Below, piece by piece: positions 1-10,200 of a stretch of 64,000 nt of DNA. The notes beneath the pieces were generated by a model. It worked only from the letters and a program-made list of their open reading frames with translations, was not told where the DNA came from and made no database searches. Each line of letters starts with the position of its first letter. Position 1 is the first letter of the stretch. Source of the stretch: Opitutia bacterium (GTDB lineage: Bacteria; Verrucomicrobiota; Verrucomicrobiia; Opitutales; T3Sed10-336); assembly GCA_050506795.1 (NCBI GenBank), contig JBJHCF010000027.1, forward strand, positions 1 through 64,000, read 5' to 3'. The translations under genes were made by a program, and so were the position numbers.

Positions 1-160
1 TTCCTTTCCCGAGAGCAGCCACCCGCACGCTGCACAGACGCCCGCTAAAGCAGGGCGCTACGAGCTCCGCACTCCCGTAGCTCCGTGCTTCAGCCGGAGT
101 TTTCTTCCCGAGAGCAGCCAACCGCACGCTGCACAGACGCCCGCTAAAGCAGGGCGCTAC
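1..160. repeat. REP/BIME-like array, 99-bp period, truncated by the window start
   Basis: cgcccgctaaagcagggcgctac at 39 and 138; gtagctccgtgcttcagccggag at 77. GTAG plus a short hairpin, adjacent to a RAYT. Confidence 0.9.
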
Positions 161-254
161 GTTTTTCGAGCCCCCCTTCCCATACCGCGGCAAACTTACA
201 CCACGCGAACCCGCGGCCGAAACCTCTCTTGTGCCTCGGGGTACGTCATCCCGA

Positions 255-848
255 TCACTCGACCCATGGAAAATTCTGCCAATCCTTTACCAGGCCCGCT
301 TTGACCGGATTGTTTCGAATATACTCCACCGTTTTCAGCATTTCGGCTTCATCGCGAACCCATCGATCGAACCACTCCTTCTGCCAGAACGTACCTCGCC
401 GCTCCAATGCCTCGTTACACCGGCGAGCCGTTCTTCCTTTCCACCGCTGCCAAACCACTTTCATCGACGTCGCGTCGGCCGTTGTATCCACAAGTGCATG
501 AACATGGTTCGGCATGATCACATAATGACGCAACCGCCACCCATAATCCCTCAATCCCTTCATGGCCTCGATCACGATCCGGCAGCATGAGGAATTCCGG
601 AACGGACAAAACCCATCGCCGCGGTCGAGGTACTTTTCCGCCGTAAGGAAATACCGACGCTGGAGCTCAATAAAACCTTCCGAACGCGGCTCGATTTCGC
701 ACATCTAATCGCGAATATCCCGTATCCGGTCGGAGACCTCGCGGGGCAAACTTCCAGCCGTGCGGATCGTAAGAAAATACGTTCCCGCTTCAACTTCCCA
801 ATGGGGTAACCGGCTTCGCCAGATTCGCCTGGTCTTGACCAAATGCAT
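255..848 (-). pseudogene. rayT: REP-associated tyrosine transposase (RAYT, HUH Y1) split by an in-frame TAG at 705-707
   Basis: ATG 848 reads MHLVKTRRIWRSRLPHW...YFLTIRTAGSLP...RIRDIRD*, then continues in frame with YVIMPNHVH (HUH), FWQ..FDRWVR and YIRNNPVKAGL. Confidence 0.85.
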
Positions 849-951
849 GGGAGAATGTTTAGTGGACAAATTTTCACCTTAAGGCAAGCTAATTTATTCA
901 CGATAGTCGTCCAAACCCGGTGCCCTCAGTGGCAATTCGAGAATGGGAAGT

Positions 952-1310
952 CGCCCGCTAAAGCAGGGCGCCACGAGTTCCGCACTCCCGTAGCTCCGTG
1001 CTTCAGCCGGAGTTTTCTTCCCTGGAGCAGCCACCCGCACACCACGCAGACGCCCGCTAAAGCAGGGCGCTACGAGTTCCGCACTCCCGTAGCTCCGTGC
1101 TTCAGCCGGAGTTCTCTTCCCTGGAGCAGCCACCCTCAAACCCCACAGATCGCCCGCTGAAGCAGGGCGCTACGAGTTCCGCACTCCCGTAGCTCCGTGC
1201 TTCAGCCGGAGTTCTCTTCCCCGGAGCAGCCACCCTCAAACCCCACAGATCGCCCGCTGAAGCAGGGCGCTACGTTTAGCACTCCCCGTAGCTCCGTGCT
1301 TCAGCCGGAG
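952..1310. repeat. REP/BIME-like array, 4 units at 99-100 bp period
   Basis: REP-A (inverted) starts at 952, 1051, 1151 and 1251, each followed by REP-B gtagctccgtgcttcagccggag. Confidence 0.92.
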
Positions 1311-2206
1311 TTTTCTTCACCGGGACCGCCGTCCCCGCGTTCCCAGCGGGCGTAGATGCCGCAGGGTAGGATTTTGCCGTCGGATTGGACCGGGAGGCCG
1401 ATTTCGCCGGCGCGGACGGCGCCCGGCAGGTTGAGATCGTGGAGGGTTTCGCGCAGGAGGTTGGCCAGGACGGTGGGGGAGAGGTAGGCGGTGTAGGCGT
1501 TGATGAGGAAAAAGAGGGGGGTGTCGGACAGGAGTTGCCGGCATTCCTGAAGGAAAGGCCAGAGGTCGTTTTCCAGTTTCCACATCTCCCCGCTCTTACC
1601 GCGGCCGTAGGAGGGCGGGTCCATGATAATGGCGTCGTAGCGGCGGCCGCGGCGGATTTCGCGGCGGACGAATTTCAGGCAGTCGTCGACGAGGTACCGG
1701 ACCGGCGCATCGGACAGGCCGGACAGCTCGGCGTTGCGGCGGCACCACTCCACCATGCCTTTGGCGGCGTCGACGTGACAAACCTCGGCCCCCGCCTTTG
1801 CCGCCGCCACGGTGGCGGCGCCGGTGTAGCCGAAGAGGTTGAGAACCCGAGGCGGTTTCCCGCTCCTGCGGATCAGGCCCGAAAACCAGTCCCAATTGAC
1901 CGCCTGCTCCGGGAACAAGCCGGTGTGTTTGAAATTGGTCGGACGTATCCGAAATTTCAGGTCGCCGTAACCAATGGTCCACTCTTCGGGAAGTTTGGTG
2001 CGGAACTCCCAGTGTCCCCCGCCGCCGGAACTGCGGTGGTAAATGGCGTCGTAGTCCGTCCAGGCCTCGCCCGAACGCCGCGGCCAGATAATCTGCGGAT
2101 CCGGGCGCACCAGCACGACGTCGCCCCACCGCTCCTGTTTCATCCCGTCGCCGCAGTCGAGCAGCGCGTAGTCGCGCCAGCGGTCGGCTGTGAGCGGTCC
2201 CTCCAT
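1301..2206 (-). CDS. Class I SAM-dependent methyltransferase (RlmI/RlmK-like)
   Basis: KHTGLFPEQ, VLNLFGYTG, VDA and IIMDPPSYG motifs. Confidence 0.85.
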   Translation of the reverse strand: MEGPLTADRWRDYALLDCGDGMKQERWGDVVLVRPDPQIIWPRRSGEAWTDYDAIYHRSSGGGGHWEFRTKLPEEWTIGYGDLKFRIRPTNFKHTGLFPEQAVNWDWFSGLIRRSGKPPRVLNLFGYTGAATVAAAKAGAEVCHVDAAKGMVEWCRRNAELSGLSDAPVRYLVDDCLKFVRREIRRGRRYDAIIMDPPSYGRGKSGEMWKLENDLWPFLQECRQLLSDTPLFFLINAYTAYLSPTVLANLLRETLHDLNLPGAVRAGEIGLPVQSDGKILPCGIYARWERGDGGPGEENSG

Positions 2207-2207
2207 C

Positions 2208-2636
2208 TCAACGGGAAGAACGCTTTTTACCGGAGGTACCGAAAATCAGTCCGATGAGCCCGCCCACGAAGAAGAGCGTGCCCAGGACGATCGGGTGAAA
2301 CGGCACAATGACCCCCAAGACCCGCAACATCAGTCCAATGAGCACGTAACCGAACACCCATAAGCCGCCCGATTTCACGAACAGCAGCATGTCGGTCGAC
2401 TCCTTGCGGACGGCGGTATCCTCCGTCTCGTCGCCATTTACCGCGCGAATGGTGTCCTCCCGATCCGCCAAAAGCTCGCGGGCGCGGGACGCCTGGTTCT
2501 CCGGAACGCGTATCTCGATCGTTTTGGTGTCGGCGTACCGGGCGTCATCCAGGAATACCTGGATATCGGCGGCCTCCAGCAGTGCCTTGGCCACAAAGGC
2601 CTCTTCCCGGGCGGAATATCGAGCGACAGTAATCAT
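2208..2636 (-). CDS. DUF2007-like small membrane protein
   Basis: N-terminal EA..AKALLEAADI..F..D and IRVPE..A.RA..LL pattern; two C-terminal hydrophobic helices. Confidence 0.65.
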   Translation of the reverse strand: MITVARYSAREEAFVAKALLEAADIQVFLDDARYADTKTIEIRVPENQASRARELLADREDTIRAVNGDETEDTAVRKESTDMLLFVKSGGLWVFGYVLIGLMLRVLGVIVPFHPIVLGTLFFVGGLIGLIFGTSGKKRSSR

Positions 2637-2726
2637 GCTGAATCAGCGATTGGACGTGAATCTGAACCGCTGATTTAAAGATAGGCAATCGTAATATATA
2701 TCCGGAAATGGAAGGCGGAGTGTCCC

Positions 2727-2910
2727 ACCACGAAGAGCTCGAAGAGCACGAAGAAGAGAAACCGGAAGCGTCGGGGTACGACAGGTTCATCTATTTGCCA
2801 TTCGAAACCCCTCAGGCGGACTTTTGCGCAACATTTCAGGAATCAGGGACTAAACGGTGCCATTCAGTCCGGGCTTCGTGCCCTTCGTGTCCTTGAGCGA
2901 AGCGGGTGGT
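2727..2910. repeat. Gene-less cassette with inverted 9-mer arrays
   Basis: cacgaagag/ctcgaagag/cacgaagaa at 2729-2755; cttcgtgcc/cttcgtgtc at 2874-2891; ends accac...gtggt. Confidence 0.6.
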
Positions 2911-2913
2911 GCC

Positions 2914-3486
2914 CTATTCCTCGAAAAAGGGCACTCCGCAGCGGCGGGCAAGCCTTTCTCCCAGGGCCCGCAGGTAGGCATCGTTGCGGTGGTGGAAGAG
3001 AAAAAACCGCATGGGCTCGGTTTCCGGCGCCCCCGCCACCAGGTTGAGCTGCACCCGGCCCCCGGTTTCCCGGCACACCTGAAAACCCCGTACCTCCGAT
3101 AGAGACAGCGTGAAATGGTCGTTCCAGCGCTTGCGGATCACCTTTCCCGCCCCCCGGTCGAAGGCCACAAATCCCCAGAAAGCCCCGTAGCCCCGGCTCA
3201 CCAGGGTGCCCAGAAAAAACCCCAGCGCCGGCGCGACTAACAGAAAAAAACCCAACAGCCGCGTCAGGTGCTCGCGAAACGTTTCGTTCATCGCCGCCAG
3301 CGCCAGCAACATCGCCGCCAGCACCGCGAAAACGAGCACGGTGAAAGCCAGGAAAAAAATCAACCACCGCCCGCGCAGATACGGCTCGAGGAACACCACC
3401 TCGCCGGCCTCGCTCCAGCGCGGCAACGGCATAAACCCGGCATGACCCGGCACGGGAAGCGGTTCGGAAGAGATATCCATCGGCAT
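2914..3486 (-). CDS. Hypothetical membrane protein
   Basis: Two hydrophobic helices. Start moved to ATG 3486 because the longer ORF overlaps the putative tRNA promoter. Confidence 0.6.
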   Translation of the reverse strand: MPMDISSEPLPVPGHAGFMPLPRWSEAGEVVFLEPYLRGRWLIFFLAFTVLVFAVLAAMLLALAAMNETFREHLTRLLGFFLLVAPALGFFLGTLVSRGYGAFWGFVAFDRGAGKVIRKRWNDHFTLSLSEVRGFQVCRETGGRVQLNLVAGAPETEPMRFFLFHHRNDAYLRALGERLARRCGVPFFEE

Positions 3487-3567
3487 GAGGAATGGACTCT
3501 TAACACAAAGCGCGTGAAGAACACAAAAAAAGGCGTTCCTTCCGACATTTTTCAGCGGGAAAAGCAG

Positions 3568-3596
3568 TTGACGCCCCCTTTGCGATGGCTTTTGAT
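3568..3596 (+). promoter_or_regulatory. Putative sigma70 promoter of tRNA-Phe
   Basis: TTGACG-17 nt-TTTGAT just upstream of the tRNA; the -10 match is weak. Confidence 0.4.
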
Positions 3597-3613
3597 TGCC
3601 CTTTTCCACTCTT

Positions 3614-3689
<76 letters not shown>

Positions 3690-3702
3690 CCTAATAAACA
3701 AC

Positions 3703-3734
3703 GGCTTACGGAACTTTCCGATAAGCCATTTTTT
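3703..3734 (+). terminator. Island-supplied intrinsic terminator after the tRNA
   Basis: ggcttacggaa-ct-ttccgataagcc hairpin followed by a T run. Confidence 0.7.
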
Positions 3735-3739
3735 ATGCC

Positions 3740-3761
3740 TGTGTCCCTCTTGTGTCCCTCT
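3740..3761 (+). repeat. Putative integrase arm-type sites (left)
   Basis: tgtgtccctct x2, 11-bp period; matches the repeats at 32307-32339. Confidence 0.65.
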
Positions 3762-3808
3762 TTTTCAGTCGTTGCCGAGAAGGGTGCAGAGCGTTTCTGA
3801 ATGGATTT

Positions 3809-4981
3809 ATGCCAAGTGCCGCCCTGAATCTTGCTGAATGGCTCGCTGAGAACGTTTTCCCCGAAGTAGGGAACGCTTGGTGTAAGAGTATTGAGGCGAA
3901 AACTGGAAATGAGTCGGAAAAGCGATTTTTCCGGAGCATCATTTCAGTTGCCTACGAGTCGGCAACGCTGCGACGGCAAAAGGCTATCGTGAGGGAATTC
4001 GAGGTCGCCGAGCAGTTGAGAAGCAGCACTTCCCGAGAATCCTTCCCTATTGACCAATACGACTGGGTCTTCGATGCGATGGCTGAGGGATCGGGTCCGC
4101 CTAAAGACGCCCGCCAGGGTGCTGAGCTGTTCAAATTCGCTCAATACCTCGACGCCGAACTCGGATTCCTCCCCCGTATTCAGGATGATCTCTACCCGGA
4201 CTGGGAGAGCGGTAAGTGGACCGAGGAGCTTTTATTCGCCCAAACGTCGGGGCGTTTCCCGGATTACGAAGCAAACCCCAAATACCACGATTTTCTAAAA
4301 AACAGACGATCCTCGGATGAAGATGCGATAAAGCAGTTCCGACAATGCCAGTCATCACCCCGTCGGAGGAGTTCCAATGTGCAAGATTTCCTCGCGGCCT
4401 GGATATACCGAAACTGGCCCGTCTTCGATCAATACAACTTTCGGATACAAGATATGCTTCGCGAGGCGATTCTCAAAATGGACTACCTCGGGCTCATTGA
4501 CGACGTTAAGCACGAGAAATCCAGGGTTGACGACATTATCGAGAATCCTGACATGCAAGCCAGGTTCAAAAAGTACATACAGCGAACAAATGCTCCTCAG
4601 AGGGAAGACCGGGGAAAAAGGGTGCGACGAAGCCGGAATCACCCGGATCCAGCGCTCTTTTCGGATTTGGTCCTCCCGATGGAGTTCGATACCCGATCTA
4701 GTGTTGTCGATCCTGACGAATCCGAAGAGGCATTCCGCCGGAGAACGGAAGAGTTCGGACGTGAGCTAGCAAAGAGTGTGGACAACGAAGCTGCCCGCGT
4801 CATAGCTGAAATCGAAGGGCATCCAGTGGGACAGGAGGAGATCCGGACCCACAAAGAGGAGAAACTCTCGGGAGACGGATACTGTGAAATTTTCTGGAAG
4901 GGCTCGTTGATTCTGAAGGTTGTTCCTCCTGGCACAGAAGAGGAAGGCTCAACCTGGAAAGTGCTGCGAATAAGGAAATAA
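3809..4981 (+). CDS. Hypothetical protein
   Basis: Long (~390 aa) charged ORF with no recognisable motif; start at ATG 3809 or GTG 3752. Confidence 0.65.
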   Translation: MPSAALNLAEWLAENVFPEVGNAWCKSIEAKTGNESEKRFFRSIISVAYESATLRRQKAIVREFEVAEQLRSSTSRESFPIDQYDWVFDAMAEGSGPPKDARQGAELFKFAQYLDAELGFLPRIQDDLYPDWESGKWTEELLFAQTSGRFPDYEANPKYHDFLKNRRSSDEDAIKQFRQCQSSPRRRSSNVQDFLAAWIYRNWPVFDQYNFRIQDMLREAILKMDYLGLIDDVKHEKSRVDDIIENPDMQARFKKYIQRTNAPQREDRGKRVRRSRNHPDPALFSDLVLPMEFDTRSSVVDPDESEEAFRRRTEEFGRELAKSVDNEAARVIAEIEGHPVGQEEIRTHKEEKLSGDGYCEIFWKGSLILKVVPPGTEEEGSTWKVLRIRK

Positions 4982-5032
4982 CGAATCTAGAGCCGTATCG
5001 TAGCCGTCCCCGCCGTTAGAGCTACACTGTCA

Positions 5033-5063
5033 AGGGGACATCGGAGGCCGGCCGATGTCCCCT
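5033..5063. other. Perfect 12-bp inverted repeat
   Basis: aggggacatcgg-aggccgg-ccgatgtcccct. Confidence 0.6.
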
Positions 5064-5180
5064 CCCCCAATCGAAAAAACCCCCTACAAAGGATCGTATG
5101 CGATTACATACGAGTAAGATGAATGGCCGAATGAAACCGCCCGCCGGGAGTATCGTACTCTGATTGAAAGCCTTTTCGCC

Positions 5181-5756
5181 ATGAACCGAGGCACGGAACC
5201 ATTGGTCGGGCAACTGGATGATTCGCCCGGGTTTCCCTTCCTGCGATTTGATTCCGATGCCCACGCAGCGTTTAGATCTTGGCTGGAAAACTTGATGTCT
5301 CGCCTCAACGCGAAGTCACCCGAAGCTATGCCGGAAACATTGGTTGCGCATCTCTCAAAATACCGGAAGGCTCTTCCCGCCATAGCGCTGCTCAGCGAGC
5401 TTGCCGATAATCCGAACCCGAAGGCCGTGAGCCTTAAATCCTGGCAACGAGCCGAATCCTGGGGAGAATATTTGGAAAGCCACGCCCGACGGGTTTATGC
5501 GCCAAAGGTCAGGCCGGAGTTAGTTACTGCCCACAAACTAGCGAAGCACTGGAAGGATCTTCCGCAAGAGTTCACCACCAGAGACATCTACCGCCATCAC
5601 TGGGAGGGACTCGCCGACGCCGACGCGATCTCGATCGGCTTAAAGGTGATGGAAGGTTGCGGATGGCTTGTCCCGGAAACCAGGCAAACTGGAGGCCGAC
5701 CGTCAGAGACTTGGAGAAAAGCTACCTTGCCGGAAGTGGCAAACGTGCCATGTTGA
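5181..5756 (+). pseudogene. C-terminal fragment of a DUF3987/YfjI-like replication protein
   Basis: HLSKYR..LP.IAL, W.EYLESHARRVY, FTTRDIYR..W.GL and GWL...TGGRPS motifs; the N-terminal primase/ATPase part is missing. Confidence 0.65.
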
Positions 5757-5771
5757 GCTCGCAGGAAGATA

Positions 5772-6339
5772 CTTTTGTCACTTCTGGCACTCGGGGGACA
5801 GGGGGGTCGAATCAAAATTTCCGCCTTTTGGCACTTTTGGCACCTGCGCCTTAGACTAGCGTTTTTACAACGATGCGTCGCGGATATCAGGATGCAGCCA
5901 GTCACAAACGCCTGATTACAATCTTGACGGAATGCTCGCACTACCATTTCGTTGTATCAGATTTCCGTTCATGATTTCTAAATCCAATCAACGACACGGG
6001 CTTTAATCCCTTTTCTCACTCTCCCCCGAGCGCTTTTGCCGATGGGGTAAGGGGCCGGGTGTCGGATGAGATAATTATCACAATTCCCCTTTTGCCATTT
6101 TCTGGTTCGCCGAATTCCAAGCTAGGGAATTTTTTTGCGTTGCGGACAGGTCAAGAGGATCCCTCAGCAGTTGATTTTGGGGCGAATTTGATACGAATTC
6201 GGTACGCAAATAGCGTTGCGCGCATAAAGCACTGTCTTACAGGTGCCTGAGTCATAAGCGGAACGGATACTACATCCGCACCTCGGGTTAGAAACTAAAA
6301 TCACGCCCTCCCGGCCAGGGTGCCAAAAGCGCCAAAAGG
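5772..6339. repeat. 9-bp iteron-like doublets (cttttggca)
   Basis: Direct doublets at 5772-5790 and 5825-5843; inverted doublet at 6320-6339. Confidence 0.55.
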
Positions 6340-7215
6340 TTGCCGCATCCGGAGTCAGTGGATAACATTTACCATGACCGTCTTCCCGGATTCATAGCCG
6401 CAGGAATCCTAGCAGAGCATAACTCCCTGCCGTGGCTTGGACCGGCGGTTCTGAAACAGGGATCTCGCCTTACCTTGTTTCATGCGGGTTTCGGGGCTCC
6501 GCGAATCTCTTGCGTATCAAAAAGGACCTACGCAGGAGATACACAATCGGGTTCAGGAAATTCGTAACCTTTTGTTTTCAATTTGGTTAATACCCTGCTT
6601 ATTGAATTCGACCTGGCTTCTAACAATTTTGTGGAAATGAAAGCCGAATCCGTCCCGTGAGCGATCAAGGTCGCTGTTCGGAACAGCGGAAAATCCTCCG
6701 GTAACACCGGCCGCCGGTGAGTGCCCCGGAATGAACGCGCCATGTCGATCCTCCCAACCTCATTCGCGGACTGACGACGAGCCGGACACCAGCCCGGCGT
6801 GCAAGCGGACTCCAAGCCTGAACCCAATCCCGGGGGCGAACGGTTGCAAACTGGGGAGCGAGCAAAGAGCCGTTACGCTAGGCCATTCACACAAGGGGCG
6901 GAGTCCCCCCCACCCGGGGACACCCCCTATATTGCGGGCTGGCGTTCGGAGCGGGGTTTATGAGAAAGGACATCCCCGCGCATCCGAAAAAAAATTCGCA
7001 AAAAAATTCTGAGGAAAATTTTGGTAAAAATTTCTGAAGTTGTTACGGCTTGATGTCATTCTCCGAGACTGTTTGTGGATGCGGATCACGAGGTAGGAGC
7101 GGGGGTTACGGATCTGGAGCCTGATCGAAGACGAGATCATTCCAGTTCGTCATATTCTGCTGATGAATGACGAAACTATATCAATCGGACGAAGTGAAGT
7201 CCTGACACATGGTGC

Positions 7216-10200
7216 TCACAACCGTAGGCGCAGCGGGGCTCCCTCGAGCGATCCGTTCCGCCAGAGTTCGACGGGGTTCTGAATCACCTGGTAGTCGGGC
7301 CGATACTCGCCGGCACCCCGCACGCGGTAAATCAAGTAACGATTACCCTGTTCCGTCGCACAGCTCCACTCCGGCCCAGTGATTTGGAACCACTCCGTCT
7401 CCCGGTTCATCGAAGCTTTGACCTCGATGTAGTGGCGATGCCCGCCTTGATCGATAGTGATATCGTAGGGCTTTCGCTGTTCACTTACATGATTCACCCA
7501 CAGGACCCGAACCACATCTTTTCCGTCACGTCGCAGAGTGAACCCGTGTGGCTCTTCACTCACCACTGTTCCGGGGTGTGATTCCACAAGCTCTTGCTGG
7601 AGCAACACGCGAGCCACCCATTCCTCCCCCCAACGCCCGACCTTACGACGAAGGTTCGGGTCGGCATCGTCCTGAACGGCCTCACTTTCTTCAACATCCC
7701 GATCACTGCGGCTGTCAGGAGTTTCACCCGCAACCTTGGCGGAAGTTTCACCTTCCTTGGGGCTGATGACGGTACTTGATCGTAGAGACGGTTCCCGACG
7801 TTCGCCCACTCCGGCCTTTTCAGGCTCGCACGACAAACGCCACTCCCTCGGTTCTTCCTCGCGTTCGTGCCGATTGCTGGCCATCCCTTCGGTGGCGACA
7901 CTTCCACCTGCACTCGATCCGTTCCCGCCATGCCTTGTCGTCTGCGAGGAAACGCCCGAAGACGACCGCTCGATGGCCGTCGCCGAATCCGGGCGAAGAC
8001 TTACTCCGCCGTCAGCGGGTGCCCCCTGCAAACCATGGCTCTCATCCGCGTGCCCCAATTGGGCGGTTGGCTCAGCGGCGCCGTTAGGTGGAGTGGCGGA
8101 TTGGTGGGATGCCGTGGGAGGCACGTCATCCTGACCTCGCCACGTTTCCAGCGCTGCGGCAATGTGCTCGGGGAGGACGCCCCGCGAGACGATTTCCTGC
8201 TCACGTTGATCGTTGTCCTTGCACCGAAACAGGGTCTCAATGAAGTACCTCTCGCCCCGCACGCCCAGCCACTGAGCCACCCCGCTGGCTACAGCAGTCG
8301 AACCGTAGCCGGTCTGGACAATCACATCATTTCCGGCCACGTAATATTTACGGTTCACCACGCACTCGTGGTCGGTGCCTTTCAGGCGGAGGCGGACCCA
8401 CAGGTCGTCGACAAACTTCACCCGCAGACGAACCATCTGTTCCCGGAATTGCGAGCTGCTTCCTTTTTTGTCAGCCCGCCAGGCGAAAAGGTATGGTTTG
8501 AGCCGCTCAAGTTCGGATTGCCCGTCGGGCGACTCTCGAACCTGGTCGGCCGACCACTCGGGCTGGACCTCGACGTCTTCGCGCAACGAGGGGAGCCTGA
8601 ACTGCTGCTTCGCGGCTGGCCGATCGCGCTCTGGCAAGTCCAGGTGCCACACCCGTTCTCCGAAATCCTTGAGGATCTCCGGATCATCTCCGAGCCACCG
8701 GGATTCTCTCGAATCGACTACCGCGACTTTCTCGCCACAGGCACACACCAGTGGCAGCTTGCCAAGGCGCTCTCGCGCTTCTTCGTCGCGTTGTTTCAGC
8801 GCTCGCAGGGCAGAGGAATACCACTTGGTCGCGATCTTCTTCCCCTCCCCGACCCCGAGCCGTGGCACGAGCAACCGAGCTCGATGGGTGAGCAGGTCCC
8901 GCCACTCGCGTACGTCAATTTGGTGAAGGTCCGAGCGCACGCAAGCCTGTCGGCCCAGCCAGTCGGCGACTTGGGGCCAGTCGCGGCCGAAGGGCTCCGG
9001 GTCAACCGCCGGTAACAAATAGGGGGCTTCACGATCAATCTCGTGGTTGGGAAGGACGGTTGATTTTAGACGGATTACCTCATCGTCCAACATAGGATTC
9101 GAGATAGTCGGTGGACGGAGGTTGTACTGGACATCGTGCCACCAGCGGCTGTCGACCTCGGTCGTGTGCACCAGAGACCGTGGCGTGTGGAGGACCGGGA
9201 TGTGCCGACGCTTCTCGTAGTAGCTACCCCAATGACGGGACAGGATGGCGATCAGGGCAGCTGACTGAGCAGGCGTGAGTGAGGAGGGCTCCAGTCGTTC
9301 CAGACGGCAGCAGGGCGCGCTCAATATTTTCTGATTATTGACAAGGGGGCTGACGCGGGCGTACTCACTGGCCTTCATTTCATCACGAGTTTCTTCGACC
9401 ACTCTAGGATACCAACTCACCCCCAGCCATTCAAGGATCGGCCTGCCCAAGTCTTCCCTATTCTGGAGGGGGATTGCCCAGGGGATGTGTCGATCATCGC
9501 CGTACACCCGGGCGAGCAGGTCGTTGTTGAATTCGGATCCGAAGTACGTGTGCCTTGCAGGGGCGTACGTCGAAGCCCCGCTGCGTCGGACGGGGATCGG
9601 GCAGTCGCCAACGGTATCGGAAGCTTCGACCGCCTCGTGCAATTGTTGCTCTACGATGAAGGGAAGGAATCTCTCCGGCTCGTCCTCACTGTCTTTCCAG
9701 AACCGGTCGATCGCCCGGCAAATTGCGTTCAGGAGCACATGCGCGTTGGGATCGACGAGGCCAAGGGCTTCGCGCAGCTGTTTAACATTCGGCCGCTCGA
9801 CCTCGGCCAGCTGATCCCGGAACCAGTTGTCGACGAGGTGAAGGCGCAACCAGTCGGGCAGCAGTTCGACCTGTTCGTTTCGCCACGTGGCCTTCTGATC
9901 TCCCAGCTCCTGGGAGCTCCACAGTCGACCATTGATGGGCAACAGGGCGAGGCGGCGCACACGGTCGGAGCGACGTCTCGTCTCGCCGGAACGATTCTCG
10001 CCCGGCTCGGCCACCCAATCCGAGAGCCAACAACAGCACGTCAAGAGCCAATCGTGGTAGGAAGGGCTTGCCGCGAGATGCTTTTCCATCCAATCGATGA
10101 ACCCGGAGCTTGAGGTGATGGTGCATCCGAGGGCCTCGAGGACCGGATGAACGTCCCTAGCGCGCTCGAGGTCCGGATGCACAAGCCGTGATCCGTCGAA

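Noticed and set aside
5860..6890. Short ORFs in the island non-coding stretch (also 29315-29599)
   Set aside because: No recognisable motifs or RBS; cannot be supported as genes.
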